Part shown: positions 1 through 17,426 of the stretch, one piece after another
Layout: the number at the start of each line of letters is the position of its first letter
Numbering within the stretch: position 1 is the first letter of the stretch
NCBI RefSeq assembly: GCF_026210795.1
Contig: NC_089434.1
Span: forward strand, 3,162,001-3,226,000
Direction: 5' to 3'
Length of the DNA stretch: 64,000 nt
Source: Rhizophagus irregularis
Lineage: Eukaryota
The notes under the pieces: model-generated
Told to the model about the DNA's origin: nothing
Seen by the model: only the letters and a program-made list of their open reading frames with translations
Database searches by the model: none
Program-made: the position numbers and the translations under genes

Positions 1-21
1 AAAAAAGAATTAAAAACTAAC

Positions 22-67
22 CAATCTCTGGGAGTTGTTCAAGTTCATCAGCGCTAGGTAGTGCCAT
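22..67 (-). CDS. First exon of a gene running off the window edge (MALPSADELEQLPEI...), product unknown
   Basis: ATG at 65-67, open frame, then a GTTAGT donor; divergent from Sec2. Confidence 0.5.
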
Positions 68-587
68 GGTGGTTTTAACCGTGATTGTAAAAAGTTTGGA
101 ATAAAAACAATAAAAACGAAAAGCTAGAAAACTAAAATCCGAAATTGACCATCCTCTGTTTTTTTTAGGTATTGAATTCAAAAAAATTGCAACCAACGGT
201 GAACCAATCAAAATTAATTTGGTAAATTGAACTTAGCCACATAACCGCCATTTCGATGATATTTTAATTTACATATCACATTGCTTCTCTTTTTTTTGTT
301 TCAATTAAGCATAAAAGATTTCGTGGTTTAAAATCGTAAGAAAACTTTTTTTTCTTTTTCTTTCTTTGTTTATTTTATAATTTAAACCGGTAAGAAAAAC
401 CAACCTTGGTTTTGCCTTTAATTGCGCAACTTGGTTAGATCCAAATCGATATACGTTATTGTAGAACACCTTTCAACCTTCCTACTATTTTATACAAAAA
501 AAAATATATATATTCTCAAGTTGTATTTTTATATACTTTATTTTATAATTTTTTTTTTTTTTTGTAATATTAACTTAACAATTCGTC

Positions 588-2381
588 ATGACTGAAGCCG
601 AGCCACCTACAATTCCTGTAACAAACGGAGCTAAAGATTATACAGCAAAAGACATTGAAAAATTACATGCTAGAATTCAAGCAGTCATTGATAAACCTCC
701 AGTATCTAGTCCAAAAGTACAATCTAATACAGATTCTATACCGAGCGTTGTGCTAGAAGAATCTGCCAAGGTTTCAAATGAATCAGGTTCATTGAATGAT
801 CAACTTTTAACATCTGCTGATACGACAATTAAAGCTTGTGAGAATGAAGTTATTGAAAATGATTTAAAGGAATGTTATTGTCAAAAATTAAGTATAATTC
901 CTGGAACAGCGAATTGTAATAGATGTGAAAGAGTTGTTCCTGCGTTAGTAGATTTACATAAACAACGTTTACAACAGCTTGACGATTTAGAAGTTGCTAA
1001 TAATAGGATAAAAGAAGAATTTGACAAAGTAGAAAGGCAAAATGACGAAATTGAGAATTTACGTAAAAGAATTGAAGAATTGGAAGATCAAATTGATGTA
1101 AAAACTGATGAATTTATTGCTTTACAAAAAGATATGGCTATATTAAATGATAAATTTGTCGATGAAATTACTAAAGTTGCCGAATTACAGCATTCTAAAG
1201 AGGTAGTTGAAGGCGAATTGGAAGAATTAAGTAGAGTTTTGTTTGAGCAAGCCAATGGAATGGTTGCTTCAGCTGCAAAAGAAAGATATGATTTAGAAGT
1301 TCAACAAAAAGCATTAGAAAAGCAACTTAAAGAAACTCAGGAACGTCTAATGGCCGAGAGTTCTCAGCTTAAAGAATTAAGAGAGAAAATGGAACAATTA
1401 GTACAAAATCAACCACAACCAGAAAGTAAAAGATCAAGCTCAAGTGATCCTTCATTTAGAGCAAGTATTGATTTCGCTGAACTATTTGGTTTACGTGAAA
1501 AATCACCCGACGCTGCTGCTACTTTACCTGGTCCTACAGGAGTCGACGGAATTGGTATTGATAATGAATTGATTGCAGATTTTCAGGAATTTGTTGAACA
1601 AAGTCCGACTGTAAGGCTTCAAAAAATTCATACTATTCCTTTTATGCGTCATTGTTTAGAAGAAGATGTGGATCCTTGTATGAGATTTGGAAGTAACCCT
1701 CGTGTCTCTTCACGTAGAATAGTTGATGCTATTGTTGCAAACACTTGTTTTATTGAAGAATCTCCTCCTGGTGCTGATAAAGAACAAGCTTTAAATTCAC
1801 ATTCTCCCATTCGTAATTCTGCTTCTAAGCCGATGTTATGGGAACGTCTTTCAGGAAATTCAAATTCTCCAAGGATAGGTTGTCAATGTTGTGGTCGGAT
1901 TGGTCCTTTGCCTTTTCAATATCGTATAACGAATTTAGATGATTGGTCTTTAATTGATCGTTATTGCCGTGATCGGCTGGTGGCTGTTTGCGAATTTTAC
2001 GTATTTATTCGTAATATTCGTCAAGGCTTATATAATAATAGGCCAATTGTTGACCTTTATGCTGAATGTTTAAGATTACGTTTACAAATGTTTTATGCAA
2101 GGTTAGGAGCGCTACCTTCTATGCTAAATACACTTGGAATTAAAAGTGCAGAATTAGCTTCTGCGAAGAAACCTTCTCGCGCGCCTTCCGAGACTGGTGA
2201 AAATCAGCCAAATCAAACTGGAGAAGAACCTGAAATAACGATGGTTGACGAACCAGCTGCTGTACAGATTATTGCACCACCACGGGAATCAAGTCTTCCA
2301 AATTTAAACACTCCTCCAGATACACCTGATGATGATACAGAGAAAGATTCAAATTCTTTAAATAATGGCCTTACGGTGTAA
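588..2381 (+). CDS. SEC2: Rab guanine nucleotide exchange factor Sec2/Rabin8 family
   Basis: 597 aa intronless ORF. Coiled coil with ELEELSRVLFEQANGMVA, and C-terminal CRDRLVAVCEFYVFIRNIRQGL...LRLQMFYARLG typical of Sec2. Confidence 0.9.
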   Translation: MTEAEPPTIPVTNGAKDYTAKDIEKLHARIQAVIDKPPVSSPKVQSNTDSIPSVVLEESAKVSNESGSLNDQLLTSADTTIKACENEVIENDLKECYCQKLSIIPGTANCNRCERVVPALVDLHKQRLQQLDDLEVANNRIKEEFDKVERQNDEIENLRKRIEELEDQIDVKTDEFIALQKDMAILNDKFVDEITKVAELQHSKEVVEGELEELSRVLFEQANGMVASAAKERYDLEVQQKALEKQLKETQERLMAESSQLKELREKMEQLVQNQPQPESKRSSSSDPSFRASIDFAELFGLREKSPDAAATLPGPTGVDGIGIDNELIADFQEFVEQSPTVRLQKIHTIPFMRHCLEEDVDPCMRFGSNPRVSSRRIVDAIVANTCFIEESPPGADKEQALNSHSPIRNSASKPMLWERLSGNSNSPRIGCQCCGRIGPLPFQYRITNLDDWSLIDRYCRDRLVAVCEFYVFIRNIRQGLYNNRPIVDLYAECLRLRLQMFYARLGALPSMLNTLGIKSAELASAKKPSRAPSETGENQPNQTGEEPEITMVDEPAAVQIIAPPRESSLPNLNTPPDTPDDDTEKDSNSLNNGLTV

Positions 2382-3448
2382 TAAATTAATGATTGAATTT
2401 TTCTTTCAATATTTTGCAGGGGAAGTCTTTTATTTTCAAAAGTTGACCTGATCTTTCATTGATGTTAAATGCGTCATATTTTAAATACGTCTTAGATTTT
2501 GGTTGAAAGTTTTAAAGTTTAGTGATAATTATTCAAGGCATTTTTGTAGCGATTATGATGGGAATAGTAATTTGATGGAAAAAATTTTTCCTAAAACAAT
2601 TCGGTTTATGTAAATTATTTTATAATCTTTTAATACATTTATTTTTGAAAAAGAAGTTGCAATATTTTAATTTTCTTTTTTTGGTCAAATTCATTCACTT
2701 ATTTCAATTTTTTTTTGTTAAAAAAATTTATTGATTGAACAATCGGTTTATATTATTTTTTGTGTATAGTATGTTTTTTGTTAATATTTGTAATTTTGTC
2801 ATTGCATAATTATTAGCATATTTATCTTATCATTTCATAATCAATTGATAAAAAATTTTTGTGCATGTATAATTAATTTTATTAGAGTTCAAAAAATATA
2901 ATGTTATTTCAGAAAAACGTTTTTCATTCCAAGTTTAATAAATAAATATATTAACTCGAAAGTATAGGGTCAGGATTAGCTATGTATGGTATGGCCGAGC
3001 AAAATTTTAAAAAGTGTCCAATCAAAATGAATTGGATTATACCCCTTGATTTTTTTATGTTTTTGATCACAATCACCCCTATCTGTTAAATTGAATATTA
3101 AATCATGTTGAAATATCACATCACATTATTTATATTTTGGTATTCATCGAAAAAAAGACGGATAAGGTCAATACTAGAGAAACTGGTGAATTTCATGTTA
3201 TAATGGAATTTTATTTGTAATAATGCAAACTGACTTATATTTAATTCAAAATGTCATACATTCTTAACTCCAAATTCTAGATCTTCAAAATTTATTAGTA
3301 GAAATTATAGTGTTTATTCATAAAATAATCCATAAAATAAATTTATTTTATGAAGAAAAAAAAATAAAAAAAAAAATAAAAAAAAATAAAATTACTAATT
3401 ACAAAAAATCAATTTAAAATTTACAAATTATATATGAAATTATATTTA

Positions 3449-6352
3449 TTAAATATTAAAACCTCTACGAGACTTTTTAGAAGACATTCCCCTGTCTTCT
3501 TCATCGGAGGAGTATCTTCTTCTTTTTGATTTTTCCTCTCGTGCGTATAATATCTTTTGCATTGCAGCATATTCCTGAAGACGTTCATTTCTTATTCTAT
3601 CCTCTTCTGCAGCTCTCTTTCGTCTTTCTTCTTCTAACACTGCCTCTTCCGCAACTCTTTGTTCTTCTATACGTTGTTTTTCTTCTTCAACCCTTTTTCT
3701 TTCTGTTCTTTCAACTTCTTTTTGTTCTTCAATTACTTCGAGCTCTTTCTTCTTTTTTTCAAAACTTCCAATCATTGAGTTTCCAAAGGCAACACGATTC
3801 TTCACTAGATCACGATCAAACATCACTTTTTTGTATTCTTCTTTAAGTATCTCTTCAAATGTTTTTGTAGACCATTGGGCCCAAGCGATTACTTTTTTCA
3901 ATTCTGGCAATGAAATATTTGGAGATGCTGTGGTTATTGGAGCCGTTTGGCCTACTTTTGATTGACCTAATTTGGCGTCTCTGATTAATTGAGCACGGGT
4001 TTGTTGGAGCAAAGCGAGGTTATGAAGTGCAATCTTATGATCTGGCTTCAATCGAAGAGCTCTCTGTGTCCAATCCAAAGCTGTTTCTAATGATTCAAGG
4101 TCCTTTCGTTCTTTTCCAATTATATAATATACTCTTGCAATCCACTCCATTATCTGGTAATCCCTATGTTGATACTTTTTGGAAGCTACTTCATAAAAAC
4201 GTATTGCGTTACCATAATCGCCTAAAAGAGCACAAGTATGTGCATAATTAATATTAAATTCAGGCTTAGGGCAATTTTGGAGTATTTTCCAAAAACCCTC
4301 ATTTGCTTCTTGCATTCTTCCGGTTTCTGCTAATGCTACAGTAATTCCATTAGCTGCCCATATATTTCTTGGGTTTAAATTTAGAGCTCTTTGGAACAAT
4401 TCTACAGCTCTCTTATAATACGCTTCTCTCTGTGGTTTTTCATGCTCTTGTTTGATTAGACGTGCCCTAATTAAGTATAAACTGCCTAATGCTGTTATAG
4501 CTACTAAATCATTTTTTTCCGCAAGAGAATGCAAAAGATTTCTAGGTGTTTGAAAATCTCCACGTCTCAACTGATATAAAGCGTGAATTTTTTTGACTTC
4601 CATATTCTCTTCATCAAGATCTAAAACTTCATGAATTATTTCATCAACTTTATGATGATTTTTAAGTTTATCTTCAATTGCAGCTAGACGTAACCGAGCT
4701 AACACAAATTCAGGGCTACGATCTATAATCTTCTTATAAATTTGTCTTGCCTGCTCTGTTTTATGTGCGGCTTCATTAGCACGCCCCTTATTATAACACA
4801 CTGTTAATCCGCGATATCCCCCCTTTTCCGGCAATTTCTCAATTATTCTTAAGGCTTCACTATAATGATCAATTGCTTCTTCATATAATTTAGCTTTAAA
4901 AGCCATATTCCCCATTTTATTGAGAAGTTCAAATGGAACTGATCTATGAAGGCGTTCATATAATTCCTTTGCTTTCTTTAATGATGCAAGCGCTTTAACC
5001 GGATTCTTTTTTTGTTCAAAGAACCAAGCCTTTACTGTTGAAATGTCAGGATTCTTATATTTGTCTTCTACGAAAGCTTTCGAGATTCTATCGAAATCAT
5101 TTAATGCTTTTTGCCTAACTGATTGATCCGAGTCATTAAAGCCAATATGAGCGTTCAATACGCATAAAACTGTGGTGACGTCTAAATTTTTGATATTTAG
5201 GTGCCATAATTTTTCGAATTCATCTTTAGCTTCTTCATAATAACCATTACGAATCAACATTTGTCCGTATCCATAACGCGCTGAAGTATGATTTTCATTA
5301 ATGTCTATTGCATGATAATAGTGATAAAAAGCCTTATCATAGTCTTCTATAAAATGATAAGCTCTAGCAAGTTGATAATGCGTTTCGGATTGCATAAATC
5401 TGGAATCGGCATATTTTTCGGCTCGTCTTAAAGCTTCTAGAGCAAAATCCATCTCTTCTCGAAGATAGAACCCGTGCGCCAAAAGAATTAGTGCACTGGA
5501 TTTGGTAGGATCAATATTAAGAGCTAATTCCACGCGCTCCATGCCTGCGCAATAGTTAGCTAATCTTTCTTCGTCAGATACATCTTTATAAGGATCAAGT
5601 TGTTTAGCAATATCAAATTCAATAGTAGCTAGAAGGATATTAGCGGGTACACTATTTGGGTTCATTGTAATAGCTCTATCAAAGGCTTGGACTGCTTCAT
5701 TAAACCGATTCAATTTATTGAGGCAAAGACCAATTCCAATACGTGGATCTGGATGCGTCATGAAAGGGTTAAGCCTAGCAATTCTTTGATATGTTGCAAG
5801 AGCATCTTTGAAAGCTTTATGAGAATATTGTATACGAGCTAAACCAAAAAGAGCCGGTATAAAATTTGGCGAAATTCTTAAAGCATTTGAAAATTCGCGA
5901 CCCGCCTGCACTACATCTTTTTTTGCAAGATATATAAGACCTTTCCCCACTAAAGAAATAAGATTTTGAGGATTGAGCTGCGAAGCTTCGTTGAATTTCT
6001 CTGTAGCTTGAACCAAAAAGTAATTTTTTTTGTCGATGTTCGCTTGATATTTTGGCGCTTTGTACATTTTAAAGTAAGTACTTGCAAGTAAGTTCAAGCA
6101 TTTGCAACGCTCATCTATTGAACCGGGTGATAAAAGACCTCTTTCTAAAATACTAACAGCTTCTTCAGGTGACTCACGATTTACGTTATAGAAAAGTGCA
6201 AAATGTATCCAGTATTTCATGTCAATGACTTCATTACCAAACATATTGAGAGTTTCCCCCGCTGTTCCAAGCTGGTCGCAATCAATTTCAACCGTTTGGT
6301 TCGAGATCGGAAGCGGAATTTCAACAACTTTTTGAATAGATCCAACGCTCAT
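3449..6352 (-). CDS. CTR9: Paf1 complex TPR subunit Ctr9-like, divergent and intronless
   Basis: N-terminal VEIPL..VEID, tandem TPRs, DPRIGIGLC and NIWAANGITVALAE motifs, charged C-terminal coil. Confidence 0.8.
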   Translation of the reverse strand: MSVGSIQKVVEIPLPISNQTVEIDCDQLGTAGETLNMFGNEVIDMKYWIHFALFYNVNRESPEEAVSILERGLLSPGSIDERCKCLNLLASTYFKMYKAPKYQANIDKKNYFLVQATEKFNEASQLNPQNLISLVGKGLIYLAKKDVVQAGREFSNALRISPNFIPALFGLARIQYSHKAFKDALATYQRIARLNPFMTHPDPRIGIGLCLNKLNRFNEAVQAFDRAITMNPNSVPANILLATIEFDIAKQLDPYKDVSDEERLANYCAGMERVELALNIDPTKSSALILLAHGFYLREEMDFALEALRRAEKYADSRFMQSETHYQLARAYHFIEDYDKAFYHYYHAIDINENHTSARYGYGQMLIRNGYYEEAKDEFEKLWHLNIKNLDVTTVLCVLNAHIGFNDSDQSVRQKALNDFDRISKAFVEDKYKNPDISTVKAWFFEQKKNPVKALASLKKAKELYERLHRSVPFELLNKMGNMAFKAKLYEEAIDHYSEALRIIEKLPEKGGYRGLTVCYNKGRANEAAHKTEQARQIYKKIIDRSPEFVLARLRLAAIEDKLKNHHKVDEIIHEVLDLDEENMEVKKIHALYQLRRGDFQTPRNLLHSLAEKNDLVAITALGSLYLIRARLIKQEHEKPQREAYYKRAVELFQRALNLNPRNIWAANGITVALAETGRMQEANEGFWKILQNCPKPEFNINYAHTCALLGDYGNAIRFYEVASKKYQHRDYQIMEWIARVYYIIGKERKDLESLETALDWTQRALRLKPDHKIALHNLALLQQTRAQLIRDAKLGQSKVGQTAPITTASPNISLPELKKVIAWAQWSTKTFEEILKEEYKKVMFDRDLVKNRVAFGNSMIGSFEKKKKELEVIEEQKEVERTERKRVEEEKQRIEEQRVAEEAVLEEERRKRAAEEDRIRNERLQEYAAMQKILYAREEKSKRRRYSSDEEDRGMSSKKSRRGFNI

Positions 6353-6752
6353 CTTTGTAAAATTTTAAACTTAACAACGAAATGTATTATGTTGTTATTT
6401 CTATTTTTTATTTACATAAAATAACGTTTTGTAAATTTGAAAAATGAAAGATTTCTTTTTTTGATAAGAAAAAAAATACGAGCGAGAAGAAAACATGATA
6501 AAATTTACTAGTTGAAAATGCCCTCTAGAAACTTAACTAAAATTTGCTGCGGCACGTGACTAAAATTCGTCTCTAATGACTCAAATTGTATGTATATTTA
6601 TATATTTGGATTTTAATACCAATACTAACATAAAATTAGGTTCGAATTATCTGAGTATATTAAGAATCTTTTTTAAGATTTACAATTTTTAAATATTGTA
6701 ATAAAAATTCATAAAAAAGATCAATATCATTAATATAAGAATTATTATCACA

Positions 6753-9700
6753 TCATCGTGATCTTTGAGTTCTTCGTCTCTCGAGCTCTTGCCTTTGTGA
6801 TGTTCGCTAAGAAAAAAAGAGAGTTATTATTCGTGATTAATATTTAATATGATAAGCATTATAAAAAATTACCTCGACAACTGAAGTACCATCCCGAAAT
6901 CTTGTACGAAATAATACGTTAGCATTATTGAACATTCCATCTTTGAGTGATACTACTATAAATTGTGATCCTTTGAATCGAGTTCGAAGCAATTGACCTA
7001 TATTTTGTGTATGTGAAAGGTCAAGTGCCGCATCCACTTCATCAAGAATATACATTGGAGCAGGTTTAAATTGTAACAATGATAAGATCAGAGATAAGGC
7101 GACAAGTGATCTATGTATCAATTAAGAAATATCCGGCGTATAAGCAAAAGTAGAAAAGTAGGTTAACATAATGATTCATGCTGACCTTTGGCCGCCACTT
7201 AGCTCTGACAAACTTTGTTTCCATATTCCTCCAAGACTCACTTTGATTTCTAAACCATTCATCAGATCTTGACCCTCAGGTGGTTGAATTTTAGCAAAAC
7301 TATTTGGTAACAAATCGCTGAAAATTGCTCCAAAATCACTAGAAAAAAGGGATAAATAAATTATAAACCATTATAAATTTATTTTTATTTTATTGTAAAT
7401 TTCTTACGCATTAACTTTCTCCCAAGTCTTTTGCAATGCATCTTTCTTGTAGTTATCAAGAGAAACAATTGTTTCTTCGATTTTTTTCTTGTCTCTTCCA
7501 ACTGTATTTAACATTTGTTTCAGAGATGCTTCTTTCTTTTCCACGCTAAAAAGAAGATATGTTAATTAATAATATATAGAATAAGTCAATGATTAAATAA
7601 TTAAAGCAAATTCAAACCTATCAATCATGTTCATAACTTTAGCATTGATTTTTTTACGTAATTTGTTACGATTTAATTCAAGCTGCCGCAACATCTTTTT
7701 GCATTCATTCGGGTTTTGATTTGTAAAATCAAATGGAGTATTAGGTTTTCCAAAATGCCTATTATAAAGTAATATTATAAAATACTTATAAGTTATAACG
7801 TATAATAATGAGAAACTTGGCAAGATATACGTACTGTCTTTGATTTAAAATCCAGTCATGTTCATTTTCCATTCTTAAGACATTTTGTTGGGCCGCTACT
7901 ACGTCCTTTTGAACCTTTTCAATATCATGATTAATCTTGGACATTTCCAATTGTGCTTCAGTTAATTGTGCTGTTTTCGCTTTAACAGCTGCTTGAAGTT
8001 CAACAATTTCCTCATCAAAAGCAGAAAGTATTTCTCTCTCTTTTTCTAATTCAGCTTGAGCTTGCTCTAGTGAGTTCTTAAAGGATGATTTGCCGTGGGA
8101 TTTAGTAAATAGATATAGTTTTAAACTGTTAGCCTATAATTACCTTAAACTGATCTAGTTCATTTCTCATAGATTCAGCAGCTTGTGATAATTGTTTAAT
8201 ATTATTATCAACATTTTCAATTTCACTGTTGACATTTAACAGATCCTCTTCGAATTGCTCTGTGTTAAAAAGGAACAACTTAGAAACTTCATAATCAAAT
8301 TGAGATTTGACGATATCAAAACTTACTCATTTCTAAGCGCATAGTTTGAACATTTCTTTGCATATTTATTACAACTTGATTACTCTGTGCGATCTCAGAT
8401 TTTCCTTTGAGTACTGATTGCTGTATAAGTATAGTATAATTAATAATGATCGAAATTTGTTTTTTTTTTGCTCAATTGTTTATCTACCTTGATATCTTTT
8501 AATTTAGAATCCCGATTATTTCTGAACTCATTCATTTCCTTTTCAATTCTTTGACATGAATCTAAAGCAGCTTGCCGTTTTTTCTGAGAATCGATAATAG
8601 TATTTTCATGCTCAACTATTTGAGATTTAATATTCTCAACTATATGAATTATCTGATATCAAAAAATATTTGATATTAGACACAATTTAGAACTAAATGG
8701 ATACTAGAGCTTTATGATATAGTTTCTGGTTACCTGCGAGTTACTGCTACTATTCATTTGTTGTTCTAATAATGTAACTTCATGCGTTTTCAAGTCTAAC
8801 TGTTTCTTGGTTTGGTTGTACTCGTCTATTATCTCTTGTGTGCTTCTGATTTCTGCATTCAGATCATCGAGCTCTTGTTGATAAGTTTTTAATTGTTGTT
8901 TGTATTCTTTTAATGTTTGTAACCCTATAAGAATTCCGGCAAACAAAGGTTTTGAGCCACCTTGAAGAGTTCCAAAAGGATCATAGACATCTCCTTCAAG
9001 AGTAACAGATTTTGTTCGTACGTTCTTATCAAAAGTGACTCGTTTAGCAGTATCAGCATCCGTACATATTAAAGTATTGCCAAACACGAATTCCATAGCA
9101 GGAGTTACTACATCATCATAACCAATTAATGACAATGCTAAATGTACTTTCTCGGGTGCAAGCTGTTTAGCACTTATAAGTCTCTAACAAATTTATAATT
9201 AAATTATTTTAATATCATAATACTTTCCAAATATTAAATATTCTTTGATCATACCTCAGCTGGTATCTTGTACGCTTTAATCTTGTTCAAAGGAATTATT
9301 GTCACGCGCTTTCGTAATTTTCCCTTTTCGATAAGTTGAGACCCAACACTTTCGTTCTCCACAACCACCTATATCGTAAAATCTTAATTTTAACTTCCTT
9401 GATCCTTTTAAATAAAATCATACATAAGCACTAAAACATACGTTATACAATTTGCCACCAGCACAAATCTCCAAGGCAGTTGAACATTGTGCATATTGAG
9501 GATTCAAGTTAATTAGTTCAGCAACCAAACCTTTAACTTTACTACGATCAAAGTTTGATGTTGGATCAGAATATGAGAATTCAATGTTTGATAATTGCGA
9601 TGACAGAGATTCACATTTCTAAAAGTAAAAAATTTTTAGTTAAGTCATATTTTCAAACAAATCAATCCGTAAGAAAATTACCTCTGTAAACGCTTTTACT

Positions 9701-11742
9701 TTATTCTGCATTGTAGATTTCTTATTCAACAAACTTTCTTCTTTACTTGGATCCCAATTAATCTTCGATAATGCTGTCTAAATTATTAATATTGCTTTAA
9801 TAAACGGTAATTTTTTTCAGAATAGCATATATAATATAACGTACCGTAAGATTTTGTACAACTTTTTTAGCCGATTCATAATCTTTCAACAAACCTTGAT
9901 TGTCATTAACAGCCTTTATAGCTAAAGGCTCTTTTTCATTTAATTCTTTGTTTAGATGGGATATCTTCAATTTAGCTTGTTCTATTTCGGTTAACGCGTG
10001 AGATTCATTATTTCTTGCCTCTACGTAAATCATATAATTATAATATATTAATACCATAAACATTGTAAGTTAATGTAGAAATATCAATATACCTTGTAGC
10101 TGCTCCATATATCCATTTTCGTGCCCTTCTTGTGCCGAAACACCCGTAGACAAAGTTTGTAAAAGCTCCTCTGCTTTTCTTACTTGCTCGCTTTTTTCAT
10201 CATGATTTCTTTTTATTTTTTCAAACTGAGTTTCTAATTTTTTGTATTCTTCAGACTTTTGTAACAAAACTTGATTTATCTATTGTTAGTTAAAAATCGA
10301 ATTAAAATCATGAATTATCCCACGTGCCATATAACCATACAATTAATTTTTACCTCAGCTTTGTTACATAAAAGAGTGTCCTTATTTTTCGTTTCTTCAT
10401 CAATGGAAGCTCTGTTGAGATCACATTTTGTATTAATACGAACTATCTGATTTGAATATTCCATTATACTATTTTCTAATTCTTGAATATTGTCGCTCTT
10501 TCCTAATTCCTATATTTATTAGATTAATTAAATGTAAATTTATATAAAAATGAATATAAAATACATAAAATTTAAAATACCTTTTCTTTTTTATGCATCG
10601 TTTGCTTTATATCATCTTCTAAGTGCACGATTTCTTCTTTGAGACGTTCACTAAACGTTTCTGAATCTTTAATTTTCTTCTTCTTGGCATCAACATCAGC
10701 ACCTGATTTGTTGACTCTTTCCTTGAAACGATAATAATAAGATATGAATTTATAATTTATAAATTAAAAAATTATTGGAAAAAATCTGATAAATACTAGA
10801 TTCATTATATATTCAAATGCGATGACAATTCGGTTCAATCGTTCAATTTCAGATTCAGTTTTTTGATATTCTAGATAAGATCTCTTTTCGGCTCTCAATT
10901 GTTCCAATTTCGGGTCAATTTCTTCAATAAGTAACTATCATATTAAAAATTTACTAATTAGACATTAATCTCTACAAAAAAAAGAAATTTCAAATTACTT
11001 TTGTTATTTCTTCAACTTTTTTTTCTTTTTTTGCAATGGTTTTCAACGCCTTTTCTTTTTTCTCTTCAAACATACGTGTACCAGAAGCTTCTTCTATCAT
11101 TGCTAAAATTTCTGGAGGTTTCATGTTAAGAACTTTTGTGATTCGACCTTGCATAATCAAAAAGTGTGGGTTATTGATATTAAGTTGAACTGATTGGAAT
11201 AGATTTCCAACTGTCTGTTGTTGAGTTCTCGTCCCATTAACCATATATTTACTTTGGCCACCCATAATTATCTATTAAATGTTTGTAATGAATAACAAAA
11301 TAAATAACTTAATTTTGGTCTTTCTAATTATAACAGATTTTTATTACTCACTTGTCTCGTCACACTTATTTTATCATATGTTTCAAACCCAACAGGACTA
11401 CTATTCCTATCTTCATTATTAAATGTAATAGTGACCGAAGCTTTATTAACGCCGGCTTGACCGCGTTTGTAGATCAGATCTTGCATATTTGTTGCTCGAA
11501 CCTAAATTTTATTTCCATACTTTTATTTTTGAATGATTAGATCAGCGATCTTTATAAAGGTTTTCAAATAATACCTGGCTCAAATTCGTTATACCCAATA
11601 CGAAGCATATTGCGTCTAATATATTTGATTTTCCAGAACCGTTGAGTCCTGTAATAGCATTGAATTCGGGATCCCATCCGGTAATATGAGTACGAACTGC
11701 ATATGACTTGAAACCTTCTATAACAACTTCTTCGATTCTCAT
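6753..11742 (-). CDS. SMC2: Condensin subunit SMC2 (multi-exon)
   Basis: [14 protein letters not shown], Walker [10 protein letters not shown], hinge [29 protein letters not shown]; stop TGA at 6753-6755 after a spliced last exon. Confidence 0.95.
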
Positions 11743-11780
11743 TTCTTTTTCTTTTGTTAAAGTTAAAAAACGCAAGCGTA

Positions 11781-11809
11781 AGTTTTGTCAGTTTTGTCAG
11801 TTTTGTCAG
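11781..11809. repeat. Tandem repeat (GTTTTGTCA)x3 just upstream of the SMC2 start
   Basis: agttttgtca gttttgtcag ttttgtcag. Confidence 0.8.
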
Positions 11810-11962
11810 CGCGATTTATTTTATATGACGTAACGCGATTTATTTCTTATTCAACACCGGTATGTGATAGCGTGATAACAGTCAACGGTTAATATGTTTA
11901 CTTATATAGCGATAGTTTTACAATTTTTTCTTTCACTAAAATTACACAATATAGCAGTAAAT

Positions 11963-14207
<2,245 letters not shown>

Positions 14208-14461
14208 TTTGTACAGTACTTTTGAAGAGGAGAAACGAAATTTTGCCGATACGCGATATTTATATATTAGCGCTGACGTTAAAATGATCTCATGATAGCA
14301 TTGTGCACTTAATTAGCATTTTTGTGAAACATAGATGGAGACAACAAATCAAAATTGAGAATTTTATCCATTGTCTTCAATTTTCTTGTTTAAAAAAAGT
14401 CTGGGTTGCTTCTTCTAGTGTCTATAGACAAATATAAAACATTTGATTGTATTCCTTTGAT

Positions 14462-17104
<2,643 letters not shown>

Positions 17105-17426
17105 CTTATTTTTCTCTTTATATTAATTTAAAATTTTCTTAATTTATTAAAATATTTTATACTTAAAATATTATTTTTTGAAATCATTTTTTTTTTAAAA
17201 AAAAAATGGAATTAGTAATAAAAAAGTAAAATAAAAATGCCAGTTTTTTAGTTTTTTTAACCCTAACAGAAAATATATCACAAAAAAAAACATGCACGCA
17301 TATATATAAAAATGTATGTTATTAATTACTTTTAAAATTTTCTAAAAAGAAATTATCGTCTATCAAAAAAAAAAATGTATATATATAGTAAAATAAGGCA
17401 ATTACAATTTCTATTTTTTAAAATTT

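Noticed and set aside
17258..17267. TAACCCTAAC, resembling a telomerase RNA template
   Set aside because: Lies in a short AT-rich gap between convergent 3' ends with no supporting structure; similar TTAGGGTTA matches occur by chance at about 13372 and 14569
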